The notes beneath the pieces were generated by a model that worked only from the letters and a program-made list of their open reading frames with translations, had not been told where the DNA came from and made no database searches. Position numbers and translations under genes: made by a program. Below, piece by piece: positions 37,900 to 52,577 of a stretch of DNA of 64,000 nucleotides (position 1 is the stretch's first letter; every line of letters begins with the position of its first letter). The stretch is from Octopus sinensis (taxonomy: Eukaryota), in NCBI RefSeq assembly GCF_006345805.1, contig NC_043000.1:80972001-81036000 (forward strand), in the 5' to 3' direction.

Positions 37900-38560
37900 A
37901 TATACACTTAAATGATAAACTTCTGAAAAGTTTTACAAATTTTTACAGTTCCAGTGATGGCTTGGATCTGTAGTGTTTGAATCAACCTTCTCCTTTCGGG
38001 TTTTGTGAAGCCAAATTTCTCAAGACTGGTACTTAGGCAGCATGTAACATATCCCTGTGCCCTAATAATTACAAGTATAAATATGAACTTGCAATTTGGG
38101 AAGAGTAACTGCAGATTTCTCAATAGTTCACCATAGGTATTTTTTTTTATGCTGATCTTTAGCTTTATGCTAGAATCTGCTGGATAGCTGATTTCCACTA
38201 CTGTACATAGTTTCTCTTCTTTCTCCCAAATCACTGTGTCAGGTCTATTATATTTACATTTTTCTGAGGCTTGCACTGGAACATTCCACCAGTACTCTTT
38301 CTTATTATGAGTGGTAATGGCCTCTACAATATTGTGAGTTCTTATTTCTTTGGCCATAGGGTTATCCTGACAGGTCTTATTATACAGTGTCCTGGCTACA
38401 GCATCATGTCTCATCGGTAGATAATACTACAATGAAATTTTTGAACAACTGCTTATAATGTGGGTGATATCTTCAGTCATAACTCCACAAAGTCTGCATC
38501 AGTTATCACATTTTGGTGTTTTCCCTGAGTCTCTGTTCCTTTTGTACATCAGATATTTGG
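37900..38560 (-). pseudogene. R4/Dong-type LINE 3' fragment (CCHC plus RLE)
   Basis: CRLCGVMTEDITHIISSC...RHDAVA...WWNVP...NRPDTVIWE...VEISYPAD...GTVKICKTF. Confidence 0.88.
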
Positions 38561-38994
38561 TTGATATTTCCTGTTACTGTATTGCAAATGTATGTCCTTC
38601 AAAGTAAGTTGCATGTATATATGTATGTATAAGGACAAGCATGGATGTGTTGTTAAGTTTGCTTCCCAACCACATGATTTGGGGTTCAGTCCCATTGTGT
38701 GGTTCCTTGGGCTATAAGCTCAGACCAAAAGCCTTGTAAGTAGATTTGATAGGTGGAAGCAGAAAAAATCCCATTGCATCATCATCATCATCATTTAACA
38801 TTTGTTTTGCATGCTGGCATGGGTTGGACAGCTTAACAGGATCTGGCAAGCGGTAAGGCCATGTCAATCTCCAATATCAGCTTTGACATAGTTTCTAAGG
38901 CTGGATATTTTTTTTTAACACCAGCCACTTTACTGGGTGCTTTTTCCATGCTCCTGGCAGTTGTGAAGCTGCTGTGTAACTTGCAAGACAGAAA

Positions 38995-39310
38995 AACTGG
39001 CACTCTGTCAGTTACGACAATGAGGGTTCCAGTTGATCCGATCAACAGAACAGCCTGCTTGTGAAATTAATGTGCAAATGACTGAGCTCTCCACTAACAC
39101 ATGTACCCCTTAGTTAGTTCTCAGAGAGATTCAGTGTGATGCAGAATGTGACAAGGCTGGCCCTTTGAAATACAAGTACTAAACATTTTTGCCAGCTGAG
39201 TGGACTGAAACAGTGTGAAATAAAGTATCTTGCTCAAGGACACAACATGTACCAGGAATCGGACTCATGATTGTGAGCTGAATACCCTAACCACTAAGTC
39301 ATGCACCTTT
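38995..39310 (-). mobile_element. tRNA-derived SINE family C; related head at about 22330-22455 (-)
   Basis: Head TG(A/G)C(T/C)TAGTGGTTAGGGT... followed by TGTGTCCTTGAGCAAGATACTTTA, a central box resembling CORE/Deu/Meta-type SINEs. Confidence 0.7.
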
Positions 39311-41500
39311 ACTACAAGACAGGAAAAGAGGAAAAGTATTTGAGAGGGGAAGGTGGAAGTGGGTGGCTTTATGCCTTATGTCGAGAGGCTAAAGTATGAG
39401 TGACAAGCACATGTATCTTGCGGCTACAGATGATACATGGCTGAAGAAAATAAAAGAAAGGAAGTGATGGGGTGCTAGAGCAAACTGTTAAGATACAAGA
39501 GGGTGAGCATAAGAGAGGTTATGGGCAGTGCGAGAAAAAAGTAAGAAGGGGGGAGTGCTACCACCCCCATCTTCACCCCTCCCGCATGTCCAAGCATAAG
39601 AGAGTGATTTGAGATAACAGTTTTGTTATAATAGACAGCAAAACACCTTCATAAGGCTCAGTATCTTGTCAGCCTTCACTATTCTGTCCCATGTCTATCT
39701 GGGTCTCCTTCTTCCACAAGTTCCTCACTTCTTTATGTAACTATCCTCATCCATATACATCACAGGAGCAAACCAGCATGGTCTTCTCTCTTGCACACTA
39801 CACTTGATTTCTTTTATGCATAACTTTTCTCTCAATACATAAGCACTTTGTCATACAGGTATACTTATACTTCACATCCAATTAGCTTTGTTCCTCTCTC
39901 GTTTTTGCATGTCCTCTACATTCAGGACCCATGACTCATTACCATGTAGTTTTGCTGTATGTACTCAAGCATTATCATTCAACCACTACCATGGTTGAAT
40001 ATATTCATAAGTCCACCATTTCGTCAATTGCAGCAGCTTCTAAGCCAAATTCTCAACCAAATTGCAAACTGTTACTAGTTTTAAAGAGGACGTCCCCTCA
40101 GCTACACTTTGGCATAAATAGTTTGAGATTTGGTTCAGCAGAAAAAAGTTACATCAAAATATCTGCGACCTCAAGGGGGGCAGTAAGGCAGATATTCATC
40201 TTCAATTAACATAATTTTTTTTATTTTAAATCAAAAGTATACTTTTCTTGGACTTAATTGATAGTAAAATGCATGAGGAATTCTGAATCGTTAGTTGCAT
40301 AGAAGAAAAATTAGTAGAAAATCAGTTATAAAGTAAAATATTATGAAATTTTATGTAAGGAAGTAAGGGATTAATGCGTAAGCAATAAGAATAAAGAATA
40401 TATTTCTAAAATGAATGTTTACATTCTAACATGGTGAGCTGGCAGAAACATTAGCATGCCAGGCAAAATGCTTAGCGGTATTTCATGTCTTTACGTTTTG
40501 ATTTCAAATTTCGCCGAGGTCAACTTTGCTGTACAAGTTATTTAATTAAATTTTGTAGCTAAACACTTTCAAACTTCCCATACTGGTAGATTGTGTCATA
40601 TAGAACAGGGTCTACTCCTAACGTTTGTGACAAAATTTTGTATTTTAGAAGTTATTTCGTCAGAAGTTACAGAGTGACAATGGACAAATTTGTGTTTGAT
40701 AAGTGCCAATACACGAAACACTCAGCTTTTGACTTACTCTCTAACTTCTGCCGCTGATATATATACATATTACATATATGAATAAAAAAATCTTCTCACA
40801 CAATCGAACCAATGAAAGAGCCTCTACCTGGTTACTCGACATGCTAAAAATAGCAGCCAAAGTATCCCCCTACCTAAATCACATGCCCATTGTATGTAAT
40901 GTCCTAGATTATCCCTAAAAAGATGGTTTGCTGAAGGCTGGGTTGATTTGAGGCTAAATAACAACAACATTATAGTAAATTTCTATATTAACACCCACAC
41001 AATTTTCACGAAGAAAAATAACAAAAAATTTGATTTTTTGCGTGGAATCAAGTACCCTGACCTCCTAATATGCTGCAAATCCCTTCTTTTTGTTCAGAAA
41101 ATTTGAGATGGGAGTTTGCCCTACCAATCCCAGAAACATTGGAATTTTTCATTTTCGTTGAATGAGTTCCTGTGACTTCCTAATATTGCAAAATTAGGTT
41201 ACTTACGGTGAGCCTGGTAACTGATGCTTTTGGAGTCTTGTTATTTGTAACTTTTGGTGAGCCATGGTTCAACCAACAACATGGTAAAAATCCCTACCAT
41301 GAATTAGGTGTGGATGGGTAATATCAAATAATTCAATCACAACATATATTTAAATTAAATAGGAAAAAATCGAAATATTATCATCAATTACATCAAAAAA
41401 TTGAAATATTATCTTTCAGTATTTTGTAAGGTAAAATCTTAAATTATCAATTGATACATTATTAATTATCTTATAACAGCAATGCCTGGAAAAATCATAG

Positions 41501-42017
41501 ATTACATGGAAAAATGCGAGCATGAAAAGTAATATTCTTAAGATTATAAACCTGGAAAAGTGCAGGACAAGTTATTACAGCTGTAAAAGTATAGGACAAG
41601 CTATTACTTCTAGTAAAGTAAAGAATAAGAAACTTTTTACTTAAAATATTGCAGCTAAAATTAAAATTTGAATATTAAAATTTATTTTGTTATAGTTTAC
41701 AAATAACACTATACTTATTTAAGTAGAATTTGGCTAATTTACTACCTTAAATACAGAAAAAAGTGACTAATTAAACAAACTTACAAATTAGCTGAACAGT
41801 TTTGTACAATAAATTTAAAAGGTGAGAATTGTTAAGAGTGATAAATTAGAAGAACTGGCATTCTTTGCTGCAATATTTTAAGTAAAAAGTTTCTTATTCT
41901 TTACTTTACTAGAATAGCTTGTCCTATACTTTTAAAGGTGTAATAACTTGTCCTGTACTTTTTCAGGTTTATAATCTTAATAATATTACTTTTCATGCTT
42001 GCATTTTTCCATGTAAT
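41501..42017. repeat. Long inverted-repeat element: 155/151-bp arms, 211-bp spacer
   Basis: 41501-41655 is the reverse complement of 41867-42017, roughly 93% identical with a small indel. Confidence 0.92.
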
Positions 42018-42604
42018 ACAATTTGCCTTTCACGCTGAGAGGGAGAGCTTTGCAGCCAACAAAGATAGTAGCACTCTGAACTTCCTCCATCCTATTCTTA
42101 TTCTAGCAACTACACTTTCAGAACATCCTCCTCCACTGCTAATTAGGCCACCTGGGTAACAGAAATTATCTGCCAACACTAGGGAGCCTCTTGACATTTG
42201 AGAAAATCAATTTTCTGAGTATCCTTAGTCTTTGAGTCACCTGTACATCTTTCACATACATACACATCTTTCTCTGTTTACCTATCTGTAATTCCACTGC
42301 ACTATTTGTGTGTTGGTAGCTTGAACTGAGTACTCTTATGGATTTCTGCCTAAACCTTTTCTACATATTGATCAAGGCCATTTACCTCATGTGGATAGAG
42401 TTGTAGCTGTTTCCTTGCTTACTAGTACTTTAGTCTTTGTTAAATTAACTTTAAGGCCCTTCAATTCCAGGTTTTGCTCCCACACCTGGAATTTCTTTTT
42501 AATTATGTTACAGATTCTACTATGTGAGCAATACATGTGTGTGCATGCAAGTGTAAGTGTTTTTGTGTGCATATATATTTACGTGTATGCAAATATCTAT
42601 CTGT

Positions 42605-42638
<34 letters not shown>

Positions 42639-43914
42639 AGAAACATACACACACATACACTGACACACATGTATATTGTACACATATGTTTATTGTATAC
42701 ATGCACACATGAATATTACTTTCTATAACATTTTTCTTCCTCCTCTTCTTCATGATTAGCATCATGGACTCATATATTCTGATCTAGGGAAAAATTTACT
42801 TTCTTCATATGCACTTAGCGTTAGAGACACCAGTATCAAGTTAGTGGCAATGGTGTGGGAGGGGTGACAGAAGAGGCAAAGAAAAACAAAAAGCAAAAAA
42901 AAATGTGAAAATGCAGATCATATGCTAAAATTATTATCGGACAGTGAGAAATACAAAACAAGAGGGTCTATAAGTAAATCATAATTATTGAATAAGTAGA
43001 AAGAGTTATAGATATAAAAATAAAACTGCTGTAACTTAACTTGACATGATGCTGAGATAAGAGATGCATAGATCGATGCATCAGGTGGAGATAAATGGTA
43101 AGGAAGTAACTGGAAATTATTGGCAAGCTGCTAACAGTCTCACAGAAGACACAATAGATTGTTGTATTTTTAGTTCCATAACGTGTTAACAAGATCCTGT
43201 GCAAAGTAACTGCCACTTGGCATCAACATGATTATTATTTTTATTTATTATTGAGTGGGGGAGAAGCACATGCTATGAAGGTGATGCTGGGGGTACAGAT
43301 ATACGAAGGCCAATATACCCATCTTGACTACCCATCTGATAAGGTTACACCAGGCACATGCATCACAACCATATGTGCTCAACATGGTGACAGCACATCA
43401 AGATAAACAACACATGATCTTGCAGGTGGGGCCCAGTTAGAATGTTATTAATATTATTATTATTATTATTGAGTGAGAGAGCAGTTCATGCCATCAAAGT
43501 GACACTGGGGTAAAATATACGAAGCCCAATATACCCATCATGACTACCCGTCTGATAAAGGTACACCAGGCACATGCATCACAACCATATGTGCGCGACA
43601 TGGTGATCTCATATCAAGATAAACAGCACATGACCTTGCAGGTGGAGCCCAGTTAGAATTTTCTTCATATCGAGTAACCCATCCCGCTCAAAAGGTCCCT
43701 GAATAAGGGTTGTTTAAGGATGTTGAAAGAACCACCCATGTTTCCAGAGGTGAACTATTCAAACCCCAAAGAATCCCTCTCAACACATGGCTATGATGCT
43801 CCCCCACTACTTCTGCTCATGATCAGAGATGCACATATCGTCAGCCACTAAGGGACATGCTCAACTGGTTAAGGTCAAACAACTGACAAGCAAATCTGTG
43901 GTATTGTGCAGAAT

Positions 43915-43927
43915 ATTATTATTATTA

Positions 43928-44023
<96 letters not shown>

Positions 44024-44028
44024 CATCA

Positions 44029-44079
<51 letters not shown>

Positions 44080-44099
44080 CATCATCATCATCATCATCA

Positions 44100-44149
<50 letters not shown>

Positions 44150-44161
44150 GTTATTATTATT
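43915..44161. repeat. Compound (TAT)n/(CAT)n microsatellite; other long SSRs: (TA)n 1168-1278, 31590-31680, 51705-51815; (CA)n 6910-7001; (TG)n 8113-8218, 46478-46566; (TAA/CAA)n 16551-16620, 17238-17368; compound 22900-23070; (ATGG)n 59995-60140
   Basis: Directly visible simple repeats. Confidence 0.97.
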
Positions 44162-45093
44162 GAATGAGAGAGCAGCACATGCCATCAAAGTGACACTGGG
44201 GTACTATTATTATCATTATTATTTACCATTAAGTTGAGTTGCAATCCCCCTGTGATAGATAAGTAATCTTTTTCTGCTGGGCAGTGATATTGAAGAAAAT
44301 TTAGAGATTATGATTACAGTAGAAGGGATGGTGATGATGATGATATAAAATAAGTGTACTTGTGTGGATGTGAGTATGCCTCATATGTGTTTGTATATGT
44401 GCCTATGCCTCTGTGTGTGTGTGTTATATGTTATTGTCTCTCAATGTATTTTAGTTTGAGAACTACAAGGAAACTCTTCACCTTGAGTACTTCAGATAAA
44501 TTCAAAATAATTTGCTACTCTGAATAAAAGTATTTTACATTGAATTGCTGAATATGAAATATCTATTCATTACATTAATTTGATATTGGAAAAATCTCTT
44601 TCAGTCTAGATTCATAAAGTTCCTATATATAGCAATATGCACACATATATCATAATCATCATCGTCGTCATCATCATTATCGTCATCTTCATCATTTAAG
44701 CCTGCTTTCAATGCTGGTATGTTATCCATAGTCTAAGTCAAAGACTGACAGTATAAGTACTAGACTTTTTTTTAAAGTTCTAATACTTATATAAGAACTG
44801 AGGCTGATATTTATTGTCTAAGCCCTTGAAAGTGGTGTCCCAGCATGGGCAAAGTCAATGATCACAACAATTAAAACAAAAGAATAAAGAAATAAAACGA
44901 CACACTCATATACATACATAATTACACACACATGCATACATGCTCATACATATATATGTATTTGTGTACACAAATCAGACTGCAACTTGGTGCAGCCCTC
45001 TGGCTTGCCAGTTCCAGTCAAACTATCTAACCCGTGCCAGGATGGGAAACAGATGTTAAATGCTGATGATGATGATGATGATATGCATGTATG

Positions 45094-45163
<70 letters not shown>

Positions 45164-45256
45164 GGTGACAGATCCATGCAGTGATATGTATAACTACAAA
45201 CTTGATGCATATTCAAAATTGTAAGAAAGCCATTCACTGTATGGCCTTCTGTATCG

Positions 45257-45304
<48 letters not shown>

Positions 45305-45588
45305 GTTTAACTACATACTCACCTACCCACCTACCGACCTACCCACGTGCCCCAAAAATCACTGTCTCTATCTCTTTCCACTTCCAGTCAATTTAGCAAT
45401 GCAACTACATACATGCTGTTGGTGATTTTTTTTCCCTTCTTTGGACCTTTCTCTTTTTCCTTTCCAATGAAGAATTATGCTCAAAACCTCAAAACCCTCT
45501 CTTTTTACTGAGCGTCAAATTAATACATTCCTTGTGCATGTCCTCTTGTTTGTTATTGTTAATTTTAATGTTTATTTATTTGATTTGA

Positions 45589-45641
<53 letters not shown>

Positions 45642-45642
<1 letters not shown>

Positions 45643-46476
45643 AGGGTGTGTAAGATATTTGAAAACAGATTTATGGTTATGATAAAACAGATATATAATA
45701 ATAGATAATAACTTTAGTTATCAAAAAATGCTACGTTTTTTTCTATAATGTTATTCAATAAAGTCACCCTCAGCTTCAATAACTGTTTTTATATGAGATC
45801 TAAATTATCTACATGCTCGAATCAAGTGGTCCTGGTTCATTTTGGACATTACTCTGAGTATAGCAGCTTTCATAGAATCTTTGGTGTTATAGGCATGTTC
45901 ATTGACCTCTCTCTCTCAACAATGCTCCACATGTAATAGTCCAATGGATTGAGATCTGGGGAATTAGGAGGCCAAATGTTAGGGGTTATGCAATCATAAA
46001 AATTTTCAGCCATCCATTCCTGTGTTACTAGAGCCATGCAGAGTCTTACTGAAACACATATGGCCTTCCATTGCATACATTGTCAATCCAGGGCTTAATA
46101 ATTATTTCTAAGACCTTAATGTAGGTGGCAGAGTTACCTCTAAGGCCTTGTGGAAGGAAGTAAGGAGTCATTACATGTCCTTTATTGCTGACAACCCCTA
46201 AAACCATGACAGTTGCAGGAATTTTTGTATGCTTAACACTTGGAACTTCAGAAGGATCTGCACATAACCATCCGTCATTTCTTCTGCTAACTTTTTGATC
46301 TTGGTTGAAGTGTTTCTCATTTGAGAAAAACCAAATCAAATATTCTTCTGCTGGATTTTTCAGTTTGTTTAAGAGCCTTTTAGATCATTTGCTTTCTCTG
46401 AAACAAAGATTATACAGTGTTAGCATAATATGCAGCAATAACCCAAAAACTGTATGTCCTCAAATACCTTATGTAC

Positions 46477-46480
<4 letters not shown>
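45642..46480 (-). mobile_element. Internally deleted Tc1/mariner transposon (maT/DD37D-like)
   Basis: WFFSNEK...VMVLGVVS...YVFQ*DSA...WPPNSPDLNPLDYYMW. Degenerate CAGGGT... TIRs at both ends. N-terminal HTH is absent. A 10-nt deletion after the second D prevents direct counting of the spacing. Confidence 0.85.
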
Positions 46481-46559
<79 letters not shown>

Positions 46560-48479
46560 TTGTGTGTATATATAATAAATATATATATGTGTGTATATAT
46601 AGATAGATAGATATGTATGTATGCATATACACATACATATTTATATGAGTGTATCTATACATACCTTATTGTGTTTGATACATGAAAATTTGTGGTGTCC
46701 GCTGGTTTTTTTTCTTTTTATGTGGGTTTAGGCAACCTGGAATAACTGTTGGCTACTTCCAGTGAGAGAAATCCTGTGGAAATATCACTTCCTATGTGAA
46801 TCTATTTGAGTTCATTTATACAGTTAATAGCACTGGAAGAATTATAAAAAAACACCTTATATCCTGCTTCTCATAAATCTGAGCAATTTCAATAAAGTAA
46901 GAGATTTTTCTTTCTAATTTAGGCACAAGGCCTCTGCAATGCTACAAGGCATTTTTTTCCAGTGCTCTAATTATTCTACCAGTCCACAACCCTCTAAGTA
47001 ACAAAGAAAGAAATAGCTAACACTGCTTAGATTAATCTGTGTATTGGAGGCATATTGAAGCAGCCAACTAATTATGCAGCATAGTTTCAATTCCTGGTCG
47101 AGTCACTTTCCTATTACTTACTCTGTAGATATTCTTTGGAAAGGCATAAATATTACTTACTCCCCACCCCCACTCTTTTTGGTTTGTCAATACATATCAA
47201 TATTGTATTGATGGAAAATTCAATTTCATTGAATTGTCAGACAAACTATTTTAGAATAAATATAATCATGATATTGGAAGAATTTGATTCCAGTCAATAC
47301 CAATTCTTTAGAAAGTTTACCATCTGTTGGCTCATTCATGAAATTACTATAGATTCCATTGATTTCCTAACAACCGGCACCATCATAGCTTTTTATGTGA
47401 AGTTCTTTGACTTTTGGTGATAAAGATACAAGCCTTTCTATATTCCATTTGTTGTTAGTCATTGCAGCAAGGAATTAAGAGGTGAATATGTTGGTTTGAT
47501 CTGAATAAATGCAATTTCCCTCATTATGGTTGCTTTTTCAGTTCCATTTAAATGCTGCTATTACACTCTCAAGCTAAGAATTTTCTGATTTAACAAATTA
47601 TTATTAAAAAAACAGAAAACAAAAAAATTAATACAAAACAAGGAAAAATAATATACAAAATAAAAACAAAAAATAGACAAGAAATACTTTGTACTATTTC
47701 AGATATCACAAGATCTACCAAATGCCATAGAAAAGGACATGTTTCTTCGACTGTGTATTTGAATACTTCACAAAGCATCATCAATGAATATTTTTATGAT
47801 TTATTATTTCTTTTTTTCTTTAATTTTATTTTAACAATTTTATTGCAAATTCTTAGAAAAAGCTTGCCTTGTTCACAATCAGACAATCTCTCAGCAGAAG
47901 AAACCTTTTATAAGCAGCTTTTCATAAAATCTATTTATTTACCTTCCATCACCAAATTCTGTATATCTTTTTACCCAAATTTTAATTTCTTCTTGTCACA
48001 CCATTTAACATCTGCTACAACTAATTTATTAACCATATCAGTTACAGGCATTGCAGAAATTTGCTTTGGAACCATAATGTTTGGAATTAGCTCCCACTAT
48101 ACAAACACTGCATCCTCTACTTTAGCCATGGGTTGATCTATACCTTGTCAGCGAAATTTGGTAGATAGAAACTGGAGAAAATCTACCATGTATCATCATC
48201 ATCATTGTTTAACATCCGCTTTCCATGCTAGCATGAGTTGGACGATTTGACTGAGGGCTGGCAAACCAGATGGCTGCACTAGGCTTCAATCTTGATCTGG
48301 CAGAGTTTCTACAGCTGCCCTTTCTAACGCTAACCACTCTCAGAGTATAGTGGGTGCTTTTACATGCCACTGGCACGGGGGCCAATCAGGCGGTACTGGC
48401 AGCGACATATATATATGTGTGATGGCTGTCCACTCATCACCAAGGAAGACCATTTCTGACCCTTAGGACTAACTTATAT

Positions 48480-49830
48480 TTTGCATTTGCGGCTCCATTA
48501 GTGGCTAATGAGCCCTACTCTTGACAAGCATACATGACCGCAAACATTGCAAACCAAGCTTTCCCCATTCACTACACTAGCAGTGTGCTTTCAAGCAGCA
48601 CACTTAAATTCTTCATGCAGAATGCGGGCTCTCTCAAAGGTGTCGACCCCCTCCCTAAACTGCTTCTTCCATCTGTGGTGATGACAGGCATTGCTCTCCT
48701 AGTCAGTCTCTTGCATATCATAGGCCTTTAATGAGGACTTTACACATTCCTTAAATTGTAGCCTTGGTTTCTGCTAGAGTTTCTTTCCACTAACAAATAC
48801 CCCATATAGCATCTGTTTAGGGATCCAGCTATCCTTCATTCTAATAAGGTGCCCAGTCCAATGTAACCAGTGCTTGTGCAACACCACCTCAATACTCAAA
48901 ATATCAGCTGTCCTCAGGACCTGTGTGTCTGGAGTTTTTAAGGTCCAGCCAACATTCAGAATGTGTCTCAGACATCTCTGATGAAAGCTTTCAAGGACCC
49001 TTGCATGACGTTTGTAAAGGGTCCATGTCTCACAAGAGTAAAAGAGTGATGTCAGTACACATGCTTGGTACATAGCAATCTTTTTTTGCTTTGTGATACC
49101 ATACTGGGACCAGACACGAGACTGAAGAGACAGAAAGGAATCAGTTGCTCTCTGCAGCCTGAAAGATATTTCATCATCCAGAGAACAAGAACGGCTGAGT
49201 ATGCTGCCCATGTAGCCAAACTTGTCTACCACTTTCAGTATTGTTCCTTCAATCAAGATAGCTAGTTCCACATATGGATTTCCTGGAGCAGGCTAGAACA
49301 TTATAACAGTCTTGTCCAGGCTAAAGCTGAGTCCAAATGCCTTGTAAGAAGCAGAAATACAATTCATAAGTATTTGCATGTCATACACTGTATGAGTGAC
49401 TAAGTCACAGTCAGCTGCATAAAGGAGGTCATGAATAAGAGACTTGAAAACTTTTGAATTGGCAGCAAATCGGTGCAGATTAAAGAGGCGACCAGAAGAT
49501 CAATACCTAACAGATATTCCTAGAGAGCTAACCTTAGCAAAAGCATGAGTAAAAGCAGCAGCAAAGTACAAAGAAAAGAGAGTTGGGGCAAAGATGTCAC
49601 CCTGCTTGACACCATTCTCTACAGGAATGGGTTCTGCCATGCTGCTGCCAACATTGTCCCCAAGACTCCATCTCATCATGAAATGATTTAATTATAGATA
49701 CAAAGTGATCCAGACATCCAATTTTGCCAAGTATTTTCCATAGTAAGGCCCTATTCACAGTATCAAAGGCCTTTGTTAAATAATGAATACTTGGACAAGA
49801 TCCATATTCTGTTCATAGTACCGGGCATTC
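48480..49830 (-). pseudogene. RTE-BovB-like LINE remnant (distinct from the 18001 family)
   Basis: GVKQGDIFAPTLF...DLLYAADC; VVDKFGYMGS...CVLTSLFYSCETW...FHQRCLRHIL...HWTGHLIRM...PKQMLYG. Confidence 0.88.
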
Positions 49831-51498
49831 TATTTCAATATCCTCCAGCCATTTGTCTCTATGTTGGCTTACTGTTCCCAACACACTAATTATAATAGGC
49901 ACGACCTTTACTGTTCACATGTGCCAAATTCTTCCTATTTCAAACTTTAGGGTTTTGTATTCTTTTTGTTTTTCTTTTTCTTTCTTTATGATCCTGAAAT
50001 CAAACATGCATGATGGGTCGATAAGTAAGCAACTTCACTTTTTGTTATCTACAATTGTTATATTTGGTCAATCATTTTCTAATTTCTTGTCCAGACAAGA
50101 AATTATTATTGTTGTTATTGTTGTTGCTGTTGCTGCTGCTGTTGTTGTTGTTGATTTTAATGCAGCAAGCTGACAGAATCATTAGCACACTGGAGAAAAT
50201 GGCTAACGGTATTTTGTTTGTCTTTTTGATCTGAGCTGAAATTCCAGTGAGGACAACTTTGCCTTTCATCTTTTTGGGATTGACAAAATAAATATCTGTT
50301 GAGCACTGGTGTTGACCTCCCCTCCCCTCAAAAACTGTTGGCTCTGTGCCAAAACTTAAAACCATTATCATTGTTGTTGAGGACAGCTGCATCAAGAAGT
50401 ACTGTTCTCTAATTGTGGAGGGAATGTGTGGAAGGAGTAGACCCAGGAAGATGAAGGACAAAGTGACAAGAAAGATGTTAGGCCTCACAGAGGCAATGAC
50501 AAGGGACTGAGACTTCTGGTTCTTTGCTGTGCTTGAGAAGACCTGTCAAGCTAAGTAAAATCATGGCCATCCGTACAAATATACAGGCATGTCCTCTGCA
50601 TCCTCTAAGCCAAGAAGTCCTAGTCTTACAGGTTCATGGGTGCTGGTGCCACTGAAGAACACACATACTGGTGTCATGTAAACATGCCTAAGCCAGTGCC
50701 ACATGAAAGCACCTGTGCCAGTGCTTACATATAAGTGCTCTTGCTAATTCCACTTAAAAGTGCCTATGTTGGTGCTACATAAAATTATAGTGTCACATTA
50801 AAAGTACCCAGTACACTCTGTTAAGTGGTTGGCATTAAGGACATCCAACCATAGAAACCATGCCAAAACTAACAAATGGTGCCCAGGCAGCTCTTCAACT
50901 GTCTGACACCTGTCAAGCTGTCCAACCTATGCCAGCATGGAGAACAGACATTAAATGATGATGATGGTGATGGCAATGGTGGTAGCAGCAGCAGCAGTTG
51001 TATGACAGTGGATAAGAATGAAAGAGAAAAAAGAAAAGGAAAATGATATCATAAATATATCCTTGTAAAATTAGCAGATAATCTACTATGAGTGCTTTTG
51101 CAATCACTAGCAACAAGAATACTGAAGAGTTAGTACAGACACCAGTTCCTGGTTAACATGTACCAATAGCAAAGGTGATTCAATAGAATATCACAGGGAT
51201 CAGGATCAACACTTTAATTTTTTAATAGAAAATTTCCAGGGATTTCCAAAAACTGCAAAGCCACTAACCTGTTTACAAGAAATATATATAAATCAGACAC
51301 ACACGTGCATGCACACACGCATGCACACACACATGCGCACACACACACACACACACACATGTGTATATATACATACATACAAACATGTATGTATGTATGT
51401 ATGTATGTATGTATGTATGTATACATGTATGTATATATAGATATATAAACCTACTTGGAAATAGATGCATGGTGTTCAATCAAATAATAATATAAATA

Positions 51499-51531
<33 letters not shown>

Positions 51532-51706
51532 AATGACTAGATAGACAGCTGACAACTGACGAAGGGTCGTTCTTTATGTTACTTGTCCTGTTTTCCATTT
51601 GTTTCTCTGGTTTGCATATTGAACTCATTTGCTTTTTCATTTCATGTTGTTTACTGTTTGGCGGCATCCTGTACCCATATATGCATGTGTATATGTGTGT
51701 GTATAT

Positions 51707-51824
<118 letters not shown>

Positions 51825-51909
51825 TACCTACTTACATTTATGCGTGTGTGTGTGTGTGTGTATGTGTGTATACACATACAGTGACATCTATAAGTTGGTT
51901 CCTCAACTG

Positions 51910-52380
51910 TTAAGTAATAACATCCTGTCTAAGGATCAGAGGAATGGAGGCATTCAGGAAAGAGATGCATGGTTGTAAAGAACAACCATTGGTGTACTGA
52001 GCTGTTATTGAAGGGTTCATGAAGAAAAAAGAAATATCTTAACATGGGAATTGTTGTATATGTATTTGGCAGCATCCAACACTTCTGCATATTAAAGACA
52101 CTATATAATTACAAAGCAGCCCCTTATACTGAGGTAGTATATAAATGATGGCATGACAGAAAGCGATTTAATGAAACTCAAAATATTACATTAGATTTAC
52201 ACAGTGAAATCAAGGAATTAGAACAGATCCAACCATGCAAATATTTATGTATAGATAAAAGCAATAAGATGCAATGGACCAAAATGAGGGAGAAAATTAG
52301 AGAAGAGTTGTCATAGTACTTAGACTAATATTAAAAAGTGAATGATGCGAGAAATAAGATTATAGTTAACTATAATATTT
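51910..52380 (+). pseudogene. R4/Dong-type LINE remnant
   Basis: HGCKEQ, and IKELEQIQPCKYLCIDKSNKMQWTKMREKIRR...LILKSE. Confidence 0.6.
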
Positions 52381-52541
52381 ATATGAATATACAAGTCATC
52401 TTAGTAATAAACTATACAGCTTCGATATCATAAAGTGGTTGTTAAGTGAATGGAAGGTTTTTAGACAGAATAAATTCATATGTGCGTGTGCGTGCACGTA
52501 TGTGTGTATGTATGTATAAATACATGCACACACACACACTC

Positions 52542-52577
<36 letters not shown>

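Noticed and set aside
39600-39670. Fourth hammerhead-like motif (minus strand CTTATGAAGGTGT...ATAACAAAAC)
   Set aside because: Two core positions and stem II are degenerate, so it cannot be distinguished from chance by eye.
39990-41300. DNA-transposon-like remnants
   Set aside because: No matching TIR pair, TSD or transposase motif could be defined.
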